DNA from: Amphiscolops sp. MND2022
Taxonomy: Eukaryota
NCBI GenBank assembly: GCA_964187785.1
Contig: OZ076409.1
Span: forward strand, 60,080,001 to 60,144,000
Direction: 5' to 3'
DNA: 64,000 nt
Shown here: one piece after another, positions 1-13,200 of the stretch
Position numbering within the stretch: the stretch's first letter is position 1
Layout: the number at the start of each line of letters is the position of its first letter
Translations under genes and position numbers: made by a program
Notes under the pieces: model-generated
Databases searched by the model: none
Seen by the model: the letters and a program-made list of their open reading frames with translations, nothing else
Told to the model about the DNA's origin: nothing

Positions 1-106
1 GCCAAACGACTAAATTGAATATACTAACATGAAAATGCTTATAGAGCTTATAGAAATCTGTCATTTGGCCGGTCTTTAAAAAAGCCACTGCTACTTGTAA
101 GCACTA

Positions 107-272
107 AAATTGATAATCATAACACTTTCAATTTCTCTCATTTGAAAAGAAGGCGACTGCAAATCCCATCAATCTAGTGAATTAGAGTTCAGAGTTTTAT
201 TGGAAAATTCATGCGGAAATTTTATAATTCAGAGAGCAGAGTTCACAAGTGTTCTCAAACAGTCGCGGCTTC
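107..272. repeat. Dispersed repeat with an inverted copy at ~14233-14400
   Basis: GAGAGCAGAGTTCACAAGTGTTCTCAAACAGT matches the reverse complement of ACTGTTTGAAAACACTTGTGAACTCTGCTCTC, and the similarity extends ~160 bp. Confidence 0.8.
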
Positions 273-1894
273 AAATTAAAAATGTTCAAACGAAGTTTTT
301 GTTGGAAATTGCAATCAGAGCGTGACCATTAGTTTATTTTTGAAAGCCAAAGCTTTTATCAAAATTAACGAGCAGTTGAGTAAATTACAACACAAAAATG
401 AAAAATTTCTGAACCGTATTTTAATACAATTACGCACAATTTGTGAAGTACAAAAATTCAAAGATGCAAAATTTTGACTATTTTTTGACATCACATTATA
501 ATATTATTTCTGTTTTAGGCCGTAATTTTGCATCAATCGAAACTAGCAGCCATAAAATTGCCTATGACCTTTTTTCCGAGTGATGAATTGGTCAAGCTTT
601 ACAGAAATTTTCAATTCCGTTCATTGTAAATTGAATGGAGCTATTTCTATTGACTCAAGAGTGTGTTTATATTTTGTAGACACTGATTTCTCGATGAACT
701 ACGAACATGCAAAAAAAATCGAATAAATCAAAGAATTTTACAGTGGAATTCTTCGATGGCCATTTAGAACCCTATATTCATGTATGCTCAAACTAGTTTT
801 CAGATTTGTAAAGACCCTTTTGTAATTTTTTTCTTTTTAAAACAATGGAGGTACAAAAATGTCCGTTTTTTTCCTAAACGATTCTTGAAACTGAATACGA
901 AAAACTTCAGAGTGCCACTATGCCTCTTGTTTTGAAGTCAAACTTAAAATTTGATCCATCTAAATAAAATTCATCAACGCTTCATCTTGGAAAAAACTCT
1001 CCCAGGTTAAAAAGAATCGATTTTTTCAGATTTGTCATGTTCAAAAATTTGATAATTTTTGGTTGATGGAAAATTGTATTTAAATTGGATAACAATTGGA
1101 TGTGTTACTGGCAGCCGTCTTTGGCAATTAGAACAGGAAATTGAAGTGTACTAAAATGTTGAAAATATGCTGTCTGTTAGCATTATTATATTTTACATAG
1201 ACTTCTTTAATGAACCAAGATTTCTACAATTGGGAGTGAAAAACCTCCAACAAAGATTTTTTGCAGGATAATCCCATTTCCAAATCATAAGCATTTTTTT
1301 GACATAAAATGAAAAGAGAAATACTGTACTAATTATTGAACAAAAAAATTCAGAAATCTAAATTTGAAGTTCTGTCTGAAATGAAGGTGACTACCACCCG
1401 TCACCAAGTGATGTGAAACCTAAAGAAATTAAGAGAGAACTCTGATCAGAAATTTTCGACCACTTAGAGCCCAAAACAAAATGAACAATTTCACTTGGTG
1501 GTTACCGAAATAAAAGACGACAGAAACGAAACGGAAATATGAAAAAATTCTTAGTTATTAGTCGAAATGAACACACGAAACGAAAATATATATTATGAAG
1601 TAGACACTTTTATCAATCTGCGAGGAAGACGCATTCTAAATTTACAGCTAAAGTACCTTCGCTAAATTATAAACTGCTGTTTGAATAATGATGGTTACAT
1701 TAGTTGAGTAGTCGATAAGCTAAACTGTGATAGCCAAGTGATGAATTCAGTAACAAACAGGGAAAAAATTTTGAAGCCCTTAAACTTCATGGTAATTCCA
1801 CAAAATAATGACAATGACGCTGAGATAATTTTCCATGTTTGGTAAAGAATTTAGCAGGCATGATTTTGAAACCTTCAACCAAGTTAGCTGTTTT

Positions 1895-2480
1895 TAGGAT
1901 TCTGAAAAAATTTTCGACTACTTATGCAATCGTGCTGTTTTTTTTTTTCTCCCGACCTTTTCATGAAAATTTCCAATTTCTCAAAAACTGTCCATACGAT
2001 TTTAACGAAATTTTGCACAGTCATTCTACACCCAAAGGGGCCCCTGCGTGTGCAAAGGCATCAAAATCGTATGGCTGTGATGTGAGAAACATAACCAAAA
2101 TCAGCCTAAAAATGGCCAAAAAACAGCCATTTTTAGATTTTTTTCCGATTTTCTCAAAAACTGTCTATACGATTTAAACGAAATTTTCTACTGTCATTCT
2201 ACACCATATTAAGGTCCTTTATGTGCAATTTCATTAAATTCGTATGGCTGCGATCTGAGAAACATAGCCAAAATTAACCAAAAATGACCAAAAAACTGCC
2301 ATTTTTCGATTTTCTCAAAAACTGTCCATACGATTCCAACAAAAATTTCTACAGTCATTTTCTGCACCATAGTATGGTCCTATGTGTGCAATTTCAATAA
2401 ATTCGTATTATTCTGGGATTGGAGTGAGTCAGAAGGAAAAAGACCTAAGCCGACTCTTTTACCGCATATGCGGCTCTGGT
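1895..2480 (+). mobile_element. Helitron-like non-autonomous repeat, copy 1
   Basis: Homologous to ~7700-8123, with internal sub-repeats (CTGTCCATACGATT...CATTCTACACC). The 3' end has the hairpin CCGCATATGCGG (2462-2473) followed by CTGG, fitting a CTRR terminus. Confidence 0.55.
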
Positions 2481-4736
2481 TTCTTTCAAGACCTAATGTT
2501 TCCAGACCCAAATTTTTACGATGTTTTCATACCATCTAAAACTAGCGCCTCCGTTACTAGTAAATTTTTACAAGCATTTGGCTCCATATTCCGAACAAAT
2601 ACCGTATTCCCCCCATGTAGGCGGAAAATTAACGGACATGGAATTTTTTTAGGAATTATTGAAACCAGCAAACATTCGAGAAAAATCATTTAGTTAGAGG
2701 CTCTTTGAACTTTCTGTTGCAGAATGCTGATGTTTTTTTATGAATTTCTAGCATAAAAACTAGTGGAGTTTGCAAATACCGTCCTTACGTGTATTAGAAA
2801 TGGAGACAGGATATATAAGGAAGGATGGCGACAGGAAAATAACTGAATCTGACTTGAAAAATCATTTCAAAACACTTCTTGAAATTTCCCTAGATTTTAT
2901 TGTTTGCTGTTCTCCCATATCATGCAGGAACCAATCTTGTAAACAAAATTCGTTCCAATCAAACGCTTCTGATTGGTTTTTGCTGAAATGCATAAGTTAT
3001 CACAGACTTGTTAAAACCTTCCTTGGTTAAGAAAACAGTTAGCTTTCTGTCATGGATCTTCATGCATGAATCATGGGTTCACATTGCCATGATCATAATG
3101 ATTATCCATGATTCAAATGTAATGTCATTGAAAAGCCATGATCATGGATGAAAAGCCGAGGAAGAGCCTTGGTGGTCAACCTAATCAGCCCATGCAAGCT
3201 CGTACGTATTCTACCGTTTGCATTTCGTTCTTTATTATAATACTCATCGCCGTTGATTGTACTTTCAAGTTTTCTCCTCTTTATAGCTTATTCATCAACG
3301 GAAAATTGAGTACACTTCCCATGTTGACCCCCATACTCAGAAATGGTGAACCATATTATGTCATAGTATGATCATGGTGGAAAATGATCATCATAATATA
3401 GTCAAAGTATGGTTATATTATGACTAATATGGCAACGATTACGGTCATAGTATGAGTGACCATGTTCGAAATTTTTCAAAAATTCGAAGTCGCCTTAGCG
3501 GAAAAATTTGAAATTTGAAACACATCAAAAAGTGACTCATTGCCTTGTTCTTTGGATTTGGAAGATCTAGGATTATCTTGTTGGCCCGGGTTGCATTAAG
3601 GACGCTTTTCGGCACCGCGTTTCCTGAAGCCACTGGGATAGGTTTTTTGGGATATTAGAAACGAATTTCAGGATTTCAAGATGGAAAAAGCGCTTATTTT
3701 GGATGATAAGAGACTTTTATTTTGCCCAAGTTTTAGATCTTATTCGCAATTTAGAGACGAAATTATGCATAAGTAGATACTCTTCGCTGTCTTCTCAAAC
3801 TTTTCGTTTTTAGATCAAATTGACCCAGGATTTAGATCTGATTCCTTTTTCAATAGCTGAAACATGGTCGCAATGGTACGGTCTTGGCATGATCATGATC
3901 ATGGAATGACCATAATCATAGTTTGATCATACTGTGATCATAGCATGGTGAGAATGTTTTGTTATCCTGCTTTTGCAATGCATCTTGGCTGCTGCTTTTT
4001 ATTTTTGAAAGAATCAACCAATATTCTGTTTTCCGCATTGAAATTGTTAAAGATTCATTCATAAGTTGTGACATTGGTTAATTAGCAGTTTTTGACAATT
4101 TCTAATAGATTTCTAACTGAAGTAAGCTTTCTGACGTCAAAATAAGCTTCTAAGTACTCCATGTTTTCTGCTTAAAAGCAACCAAATCCTCCAATTGCAA
4201 ACAACTTTGGATTTTACGATAATCTCACATGTGTAAAAAGCAGAAACGTCATATCTACATTTCTTTACTAAACTTATCATAAACAGGGAAAGCAAATTAA
4301 ATGCAGATAATCGAATATGGTTTTTGTACTTACGGTAGGGAAACGAAATCCTTAGAATTAGCTTTTGTCATGCTTTTTGTAAATAAGCAATCAGAAAATT
4401 GGTCTTGAAACTTGAGAAATTCAGCTCTAATGTTGAAATAACTTCACAGCAGATAAGTTATCCCAAATAACATTCCTTGCGTATACATGTCTGGAACATA
4501 TATGTCCTTGAGAAGTCTTGCCACATTGATAAATTTTGAATGCAAGTTTTATGGATATTAACAGCTCGAACAGCCTTCAAATTTGTGAGCGCAGATTTGA
4601 TCAAACATTTATTTTCACGAAGTTCGTTGATAATTTCGATACCAAAATTACTGCATTGGTATAGATAAACAAGTTTGATAAGGGTTTCTAGCCTTAGGAC
4701 TTTTTGGGATTTTTTAGATCTCCTAGATTCACATAG

Positions 4737-4781
4737 TATATATATAGAAAGAGAGAGACAGAGAGAGGGAGAGAGAGAGAG
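4737..4781. repeat. (TA)n(GA)n microsatellite
   Basis: tatatatatagaaagagagagacagagagagggagagagagagag. Confidence 0.9.
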
Positions 4782-7699
4782 CCCCTATTGCCTTAGCGGA
4801 GCGACGTACCACTACTTGACCAGCAGTGGCCACTAAAAAAGCCAGCAAAAAAACCAGTTCTAGATTTTAAATTTCAATGCAAACTATCATTTTTTCCCGC
4901 AAAGGATGTTTGGGTTCAGTGTTTATTGCCGATTTTGACTCTAGATCGATTAAAATGTACTCCTTTGTTGGAACAGCTTGAACTTTTTACATGTTTTTGT
5001 AGGTTACCAAGCTAATTTTCCATGATCTTATAAAATTCTAAAATAAACGTCCATCCATAAAACTTCACCGATTTGATTTAATTTTATCAAGCTGTCTAAA
5101 AGACGCATCCTAAATTTGGCGGCAATTATGCGCCGCAAAGTTTGGCAGGTTTCATTAGGACGCTGTTCTAATTTTGAAAGCAGCTGAAACCTTCATCAAT
5201 TTTACCGCGCTTTGAATGCAAATAAACTTCAGTAACATCATAAGTTTCAAAGTAGCGTCATATTCAGCGTGCTATTTGACTAACGGTGATTACATGAGGT
5301 ACTTACTGGAGAAACTTACGCGTGAAAACAAAGTGATGATGGCGGTGAAGCAGTGGAATTGTTTTCAGTTTTACTTCGAATAGTTGAAGCTGCATTGTAA
5401 TCCTACAAAATTGTTTCGATGCAGGCTCCATGTTTTCCATGTTTTATAAAATTTTCCATGTTTTATGAAAATTTATAAAAAAAAATTAGCCTGCATGTTT
5501 CCCAGCAGCATGTAAAAAGTTCAAACAATCTCGACTAGGGCTTCCTCAGATTGGAACTTTTTTTATCTCGGAGTTGCAACTTCTACCTTCTACGTTTGCT
5601 CTTTGCATTTAATGTACCGACAAGTTCCGCGCTTTTGTTGTTGCGAGCGGGAGAAGAAATCTAAAAAAGGAGAAGACTTCATTCCTGAATTTTATTCGCA
5701 TGTTTCTGTCCTGGTTTTTTTGAAAAAAAACTTTTGTTTTTGATCTCTATTTGGTTTGCCCTTCATGCTCGGGAGTCATGTCAATTTTTGACAACTTTTT
5801 TGTACACATCGGTCGGCGGTCAGAGGGTATAAATCGTTTTTACATCATAAAATGTCTTGAATTTCCTTTCCTTGTTTTCTCCATCATGAATATATTTCAA
5901 ATAGCATTTTTTCATCGCTTTATGATTTTTTGCTGGTTTTCAGCTAAATTTGGTGAAAAAGTGAAGTTTTCCTTTCAAAACTAATAAAGAAGTCCGCTCA
6001 ATTCCTTTTTCTAGAAGATGCACTTTTAGCAAAAGTCTCAGCAATTTTGTTGTGCCCGACTACTACGGTGACGTATTACTCAATGCCGTATTGCTCAATA
6101 CTACGGTGCATCGTATTTCTAATTTTAGAACGCGTTCGATCAATATAAAAAGCTTTTCGAGACAACATTTAGCTATAATTTTTGACACAAACTCGATAAA
6201 ATGACCATAAAATTTTGGTAGTAATTTAATTTTTTTCTGTACTAAACGCAAACTTGACCAGTTGAATATAAGACATGGTCGGTTTAACAGAAAGAATACG
6301 AATCTGCTATAAATGTTCTATGACCTCAATTTATAGATTAAATTGAAAAAAACTCTGGTTTCAGAAAAAAGGTTCGGAATGACAAAATGAACGTACATTA
6401 GCAGCATCAGACAAGTATCATCTGAAAGCTCTGATAATAAGCTTTTCTTGAGGAGCAATGAAATAAGAAAGAGTGAGTCAAATTCCGTGCTAAAAATGCA
6501 CGAAACAATTTTGTCTGTATTTAAATTTTACAAAACAACATGACATAAAAATGCTCTGAGTGGCTTTAAGGATTGTCATAAATTTCAAACCTAGTCCAAA
6601 ACAAATCCAAAGGTACCCTTTCGCCTTGAAAACCACTTTTCTTTAACTGAAAACATAAAAAAAAGAAAATTGATGAAAAAATTTTGTGGAAGACGAATTT
6701 TCTCGAAAACAACTGTACAGTGCCGAAAAACGCAAAGATGGGATCTTTTTGAATCTTTGCAGTCTTTTCCTTTGGTGAAACAAAAAACTTCCTCGGTGTG
6801 CCCTTTCCTTTCCCAATACAATCCCCAGAGAAGGATACGGTACCATAAATGCAGCTAAAAGATCACACAATTGTCTGCTGGAAGCTGTGCTTCTGCAGTG
6901 TCTAGCTCAAACTCTGACTGCTCTCGGTTGCTCTTCGCATTCTTATTTTCTGTAAATGTATCTTCTCTTTACCAAACCACAAAGCTAGAAATCAAGGACT
7001 TTCCCGAAGTTTTTCGACTTATGATCCGTTGTACCTACTATTTTGATAAATAATTACACTCTTCTCCGAAAAGCAAGTTGTTCTCTATAGAACTATAGTG
7101 CTTCATACCTATAGAAAGATCCGAAAACTGTTCGAAAAATGCAAAAAAAAACGAACCTTAATCTTTCTTCCTCCAAAAGTATGCTTAGATCACAAATGTA
7201 TGCTATTCAGCTCTGTGGAAAGGGTAACTCACAAAAATTCTCCACAACGCTCTAAAGTTGCATATACAGATCATCAAACTTCGACTTTTTGTCTCAATGT
7301 TTTGGTTCTTTCATGACCTTTTTCCGGCTAAACTTTTTATCCCAACAAACAAAAATATTCTGAAGCAAACAACTCATTAGGTTCTTTTTAATTTCCGTGG
7401 TTATTCAAATCCACCAAAACTTCTGAAAATATAAAAAGAAATTAACTCCGAGAAGGAAGTAATTTTTTGACTTTTTAAAAAATTATTTCAATAAATTTTG
7501 TTGGGAAATATCATATTTTTGTAAATAATTTTAATTTGAGTAGCTATTATGTCAAATTTTCAAGACGTTCCGGGTAGCGTTTCAGTTACTGGGTATATAA
7601 TTGTCGCGTCATTTGAGCAAGTGAAGATCTCATACATACTGAAACCTCCAAAAATTGTAGAAAAAATTTCTACAACCGTCAAAAATGATTTATTTTGCG

Positions 7700-8123
7700 T
7701 TTTTAGGAGTCGGAAAAAATTTTCAACTACTTATGCAATCGTGACGTTTTTTTTCTCCCGACCTTTCAAGGAAAATTTCAAATTTCTCAAAAACTGTCCA
7801 TACGATTTCCATAAAAGTTTGCACAGTCATTCTACACCCAAAGGTGCTCCTGGCTGCGCAATGGCAATGGCACCACAATTGTATGAGTGTGATGTGAGAA
7901 ACAGCCAAAATTAGCCCAAAAATGACGAAAAACAATCAATTTTGGACTTTTTTCAATTTTCTCAGTAACTGTCAATACGATTCGAATGAAATTTTCTACA
8001 GTCATTCTACACCATATAAGGTCTTAATATGTGCAATTTTATCAAAATCGCATAACTGGGATTCAAGCGAGTCAGATGGAAAATGACCTAAGCCGACTCC
8101 TTTATCGCACATGCAGCTCTGGT
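7700..8123 (+). mobile_element. Helitron-like non-autonomous repeat, copy 2
   Basis: Shares CTACTTATGCAATCGTG...CCTAAGCCGACTC...CTCTGGTT with copy 1. Confidence 0.55.
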
Positions 8124-10014
8124 TGTTTTTCATTCTTCGTATTTCTCTTTTTGAAAGTCTTGTTAGCAGATTAATCTGGAAGAACCTATTTCATTTGGGT
8201 ATGAATTGGAATATTGCAAAATGATGAAAAAAACGAGGCAAAGTTTGTAATTTTCTTTTTCCCATATGAAAGTATGGGCAAAAACAATGCACAAAATGCG
8301 TGAAAGCTGAGTGGTTAATGAATTTCATTACAAGCATATTTGTTAACAAAGAACTAAGTCAACAGAATCGAAAAAAAATCCCATACTTTCGGGTTGTGCT
8401 TTGTCTTCGCAAATTGAACTTTGTTTGCTTTGCTCTCTGACGTGTTCATCCGGAACACAGAATTTCCCTCTGCTTGATTTGATTTTCAGCAAGATTTACT
8501 GAATTTTTTAATGGAATCCGACACCTTCGAACCAATTCAAATTCATGAAGGGTCGATAAAAAAGAAACTCTCGGTCTGCTTTCCAAAATGTTATTATATC
8601 TGATATTTCCATTTCCATAATCGGATGCCTTGCAGTAATAGCATTTTTGCAAGCACTATCTCCATTAAAATAACGTGAAGCAGTCAAATTCTTTTATCTT
8701 GCCATTTTAGGAAGCTGCAAGACTCTTTATTCCTTATTTAGCTTCTCAACTTTCCGCCCGTATTCCATATAAGGAGAGGCAAAATAATTAAATGAGCTGC
8801 GTTCTTATACAAAGTTTTCCATGTTCCAAATTTATATAAAAGTTAAAGGATTTCACCTATAGAATTCAACTGACGTAAATTTAGTTTCACGCGATATCTA
8901 TTTCTAAGGACTTTTGGACTTTTTTGGTTGACCTCAAAGAACCCAGAATGACACAAAAATGACAAAAATTGCAAAAACTTCAAATCAAATGTTTAACAAT
9001 TTATGCTATTTTTGTCAAATTTCCGATTGTCTTGAGGGGTTAGAATGTTAGCCACGTTCAACAAGGAAAAAAGTCGTTGTCCCGGAAGCTTTTCTGAAGA
9101 AATGAAGCGCTTTTTCAATGGAAAATGCCTCCAATTGACACTGAAATTGACAAAAAACTCCTAAAAATTAGATTTTATACATTTTTATGCAAATTTGGTA
9201 AAAATTTTCCTGAGACTTCGTGAATTAAAATTTGAAAACGTTCCATGAGAAACAAATTCGTTGTCCAGTAGGCTTTTGTGAAGAGATAAAGGCATGAGTT
9301 TGATAGAAAAAAAGCCTCAAATGAACACAAAAACTTGAAAAAAATCAGTCATCTAGTTTCTGTCGTTTTTCGTACTGTTTGTTTACAATTTCCGAAGGTT
9401 TTGATGGGTTAGAAGGATCAAAAAGTTTAAAGACGAAGGAAATAGCTATGAAGTACACGTTTTTGAACAAAGTTGCATCGCTTTGCTTCTAAAACACTTC
9501 ACATTGACTCCAAATGAGAGGAAAAATCAGAGACTTCGTTTATTATGTAATTTATGTATATATTGAAAAACATTTCGAAATTAAAATGATGAAAACCTTC
9601 AGAATATATGAAGAGTTCTTATGAAGAGATATCCGCATGCTTATGTCATGAATTCCTTCAAATTGACCCCAAAAATATCTAAAATATCAAATTTGACACT
9701 TTTATATATATTTGCGCAATTTTGGATGAAATTTCCTGAAATAGATGGCTACTGGAGTCTTAAGCTCCAAACGAAATATATAGCCAACGGTAGGCCTATC
9801 ATAGGAAAATTGGTATTTTTCTGGGGAGAACAGTACCATAGATTGACCAAAACAGTTAACCAGATTTGACGTTTTTTGCCAGTTTTGTAAAGTTGTCGAG
9901 AAGTTTTGTGTGTAAGAATAATAAAAACATTTCAACAAAGAACTGACGCGGTCCGTGGGGTTTGCAAAAATGCAGTTTCTTGTAACGAAAGTGACTCAAA
10001 ATGACGCCCAAATG

Positions 10015-10252
10015 GAACATTACGCCCAAAGCGAACATTACGCCCTAAGCGAACATTACGCCCAAAGCGAATATTAAGCCCAAAGCGGACAGTTAACGAA
10101 ATGTCCTTAGGCGTGATGTCCGTTTTTGACGAAATGTCCTTGGGCGTGATGTCCGTTTTGGACAAAATGTCCTTGGGCGTGATGTCCGTTTTGGACGAAA
10201 TGTCCTTGGGCGTGATGTCCGTTTTGGACGAAATGTCCTTGGGCGTATTGTC
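10015..10252. repeat. Fold-back minisatellite (18-bp x~4 facing 33-bp x~5)
   Basis: GAACATTACGCCCAAAGC units followed by CGAAATGTCCTTGGGCGTGATGTCCGTTTTGGA units that contain the reverse complement core. A related short TIR element lies at 26034-26160. Confidence 0.85.
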
Positions 10253-13200
10253 TTTGAGCGTAGCGTCCTAGAGCCAATAGAAACCTAAAGTCTTTGCAAA
10301 ACAAAGTCAACTTTATAGTTTATGATTATTCAATTTTTCCTTGATTTTGGTCAAATTAACCTCTTAAGAATTTCCAAACGTTTATATGCGTTTTGTCAAC
10401 TTAGTTTCATATGATAGAAAATATAAATCTTGTTAATCAAAATGTTAAGTTGGATTAGAGAATACCGATTCTATTGTAGTTTTTTCAATCTCTTTGTTCC
10501 TTCAACTACTACTTGTCTTTTTTAAGCTTCTTTGCCTAATCATCAAATACTGATTTGCCATTTGCGATGCCGTCTGATGACTTGAAGTTCTTTTGAAATA
10601 TAACCAAAGAAATCTGAGCTTTGTTTTGAATTTCCTAATTAGTCCTCTGAGACGTTTGATAGCTAATAAAATATAAGTAATCGTTTTTAGCCACTACTTG
10701 ACACTAAATTTGCTTTGAACGTTTGAAATTATTGTTTGACAGCGCCGAATAGTTGGTACGTTCTGATGTACGTTCAGGTAACGTTAAAAGCTACACCTTT
10801 TGTTAATCGACAGCGATGAATCTTTGAACTTTCCCGCTTTATTTGATTCCAGAAAATCCACAATGTTGTTTGGCCCAAGAAAAGTACCCGGGTTGACCTG
10901 ACATTTAGTTGATACTATGTTTCTATAAATGGAAAATATAACTATTTGCCAAAATTTAAAGAAAGAACATTTTATAGGCATTTTATGATTTCCACTTGCT
11001 TCAAATAAGATCTTTGTATGACTCCATATGTTTTCCATAATTGATAATAGTAAGATTCTCATGTTAGTGTATATACTTTTAAAACCAGATCATACTGAGA
11101 CTTTTAGACATAGAGAACCTTCGACTGCTCATGTTTTGATTAGAAACGACACTATATCAATATCATGTTTTATAGGGTTCTTAAAATTCACAGGTTTTGC
11201 TGGCCGAAAGACTGTGAAATTTATATTGGATTCAGAAGACGCAATCTGCATGTTATTGAACTGTTTACCGTTACCTTTTTTCACGAAACTTCCAGGGAAA
11301 TTGGAGCTTCATTCGCGATCATGCAGATTTTTTTATTTTGAATATATGCAAAACAAGAAGTTTGAAAGCGATGATGACGATATTGGTTTTACTTTTGGGC
11401 TGACAATTGGAACATTGGCAGCGGAAAAACTGAAAACAAATCAGAGACTGCTCAACTTGACTACGTTATGTTAATCTTGTATTGTTTTGGTATTGTGAAC
11501 AAGTAGAACATGCTATGGCCATAGTTTGACGGTAGTATAGAGTTAAGAAGAACACAATTGAACGTTTTTCATGCCAAAGAACTTTGTTACTTCATCAAAT
11601 TAATATTAATCATTGGCAGAAGATGGAAAAATGTCATACCTGAAGCCCATTTTGATGCTAAAATCCTTAAGGGCAAAAAACATAACGCTCGAACCTGAAG
11701 ACTATGTCGTGACTAATGTTAAGGTCAGAAAATATAACGCTTCTCAGCAGCTGTCCTCTCCTTTTTGAATATGGAAATTGTTTAAGCACATTCTTATGTT
11801 CTTTAGTTTCAGTAAAAATCGATACACTCTGGTAACGTTGGCAAAAGCTACGCCTTTTGTTAAATTTGATGATTTTGTTGAGCTGTGTTCTTCAAAACAA
11901 AGTACGATTATGATAAATTTAGCTTCCTACGATTCGACTTCGAATTCTTCGTGCTGTATACAATATGAGCTGTATACAGTAGTGATATTTCTGAAAGCAA
12001 CAAAAGGCAAATCTCAAAATCAAATATCTCTAAAACAGTAGCGATTTTTGGAAAATGATAGAAGTGAAACTTTCTTAGATTTTATCTAGTTTACAAATAT
12101 GTTTATTTGAAGGTTATGCGATTTTAGAGTTAAGGTTAGGCCATTTTTAACCAAATTTAGGTCAAAATTAACGTTTTTCTCACTTTTAGTCAATTTATGC
12201 TAGGAATTTTAGTTAAATTTTATGTGCAATTGACTCCCCTGATTTAACAAGCCCTTGATATGTTTTGATTTAGATATCATCCTAAAATGGTAGAAAAATT
12301 CGCTGTAAAACTCGACTTTTTTGAAAATACATGTATTAAGATACGATTTCGAAGTTTAACAACTTAAAACAAGCTCATACTAATGCAATTTAGAAAAATC
12401 TCGAGAAAACATTATATCGTCAGATTCGAAATGCTTGGGACAATTTTTCGGTCGATAGCATTTTTTGAAATAAAAAAAATTGTAAATGGGTCAAAAATTC
12501 AAAAAACCAAAAAATGATGTTTTGGAAATTGCTCTCGACTAATGAAATGAGCTCGTGAGACCTTGATCAGCCAATGATATTTGTTTAGTTGCATTTTTTC
12601 CGCGTACTATGTTGCTTCTTCTAGAATCACTACTGTACAACATTATTTGTTCTTCAATAATCATTGGAACCGTGTTTCAAATGTCTGTTCACTTACATAA
12701 AGAAGATTTAATACGACAATTCTAAAATCACACTGCTAGAGAAGTTTTCGGGTTTTTCACAGTTCGAGAAATGACAGCCTGTGTCTATCTCGTCCTCTCT
12801 TTCAGTCATTAAACAACTGACGAAATAGAGGTGCCTGAATAAATGTTTATGCCTTTTATAACTTCTCGTTAATTTGATACCTTCTTAATTATCAAAACTA
12901 TTTTGTATGTACACATCGCACCCGTGCCGGTTGGAAGCTGTTTCGTTTTTGTTATCACTGGTTTTACTTTTTACTTTGAAATGCAATAATACTTGAAAAA
13001 TAATTGTACAAGTTATGTCCAGATTTAATGCAAGTCCATGCATGCAATTACAGTATGGAACCATACCATACTGTAATAAAAGAATTGGACCCCTGATTTT
13101 AAAGAATAATTTGGACTGAAATTAAATTAGCTCGAAGCCCGAGTTATTTTGGAGGTAATCAAAAAATCAAAAATGCTTGATCAAATATCATTGAGTTTGT

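Noticed and set aside
1839..2693. Protein-coding ORFs, also at 7549-7914, 15056-15503, 22879-23822 and 63016-63228
   Set aside because: They fall within dispersed non-autonomous repeats, have F/K-rich composition and do not keep frame between copies.
10015..10310. CRISPR array or His-rich protein (GHFVQNGHHAQ repeats)
   Set aside because: The repeats are head-to-tail without unique spacers in a eukaryotic context, and the ORFs are translations of the minisatellite.
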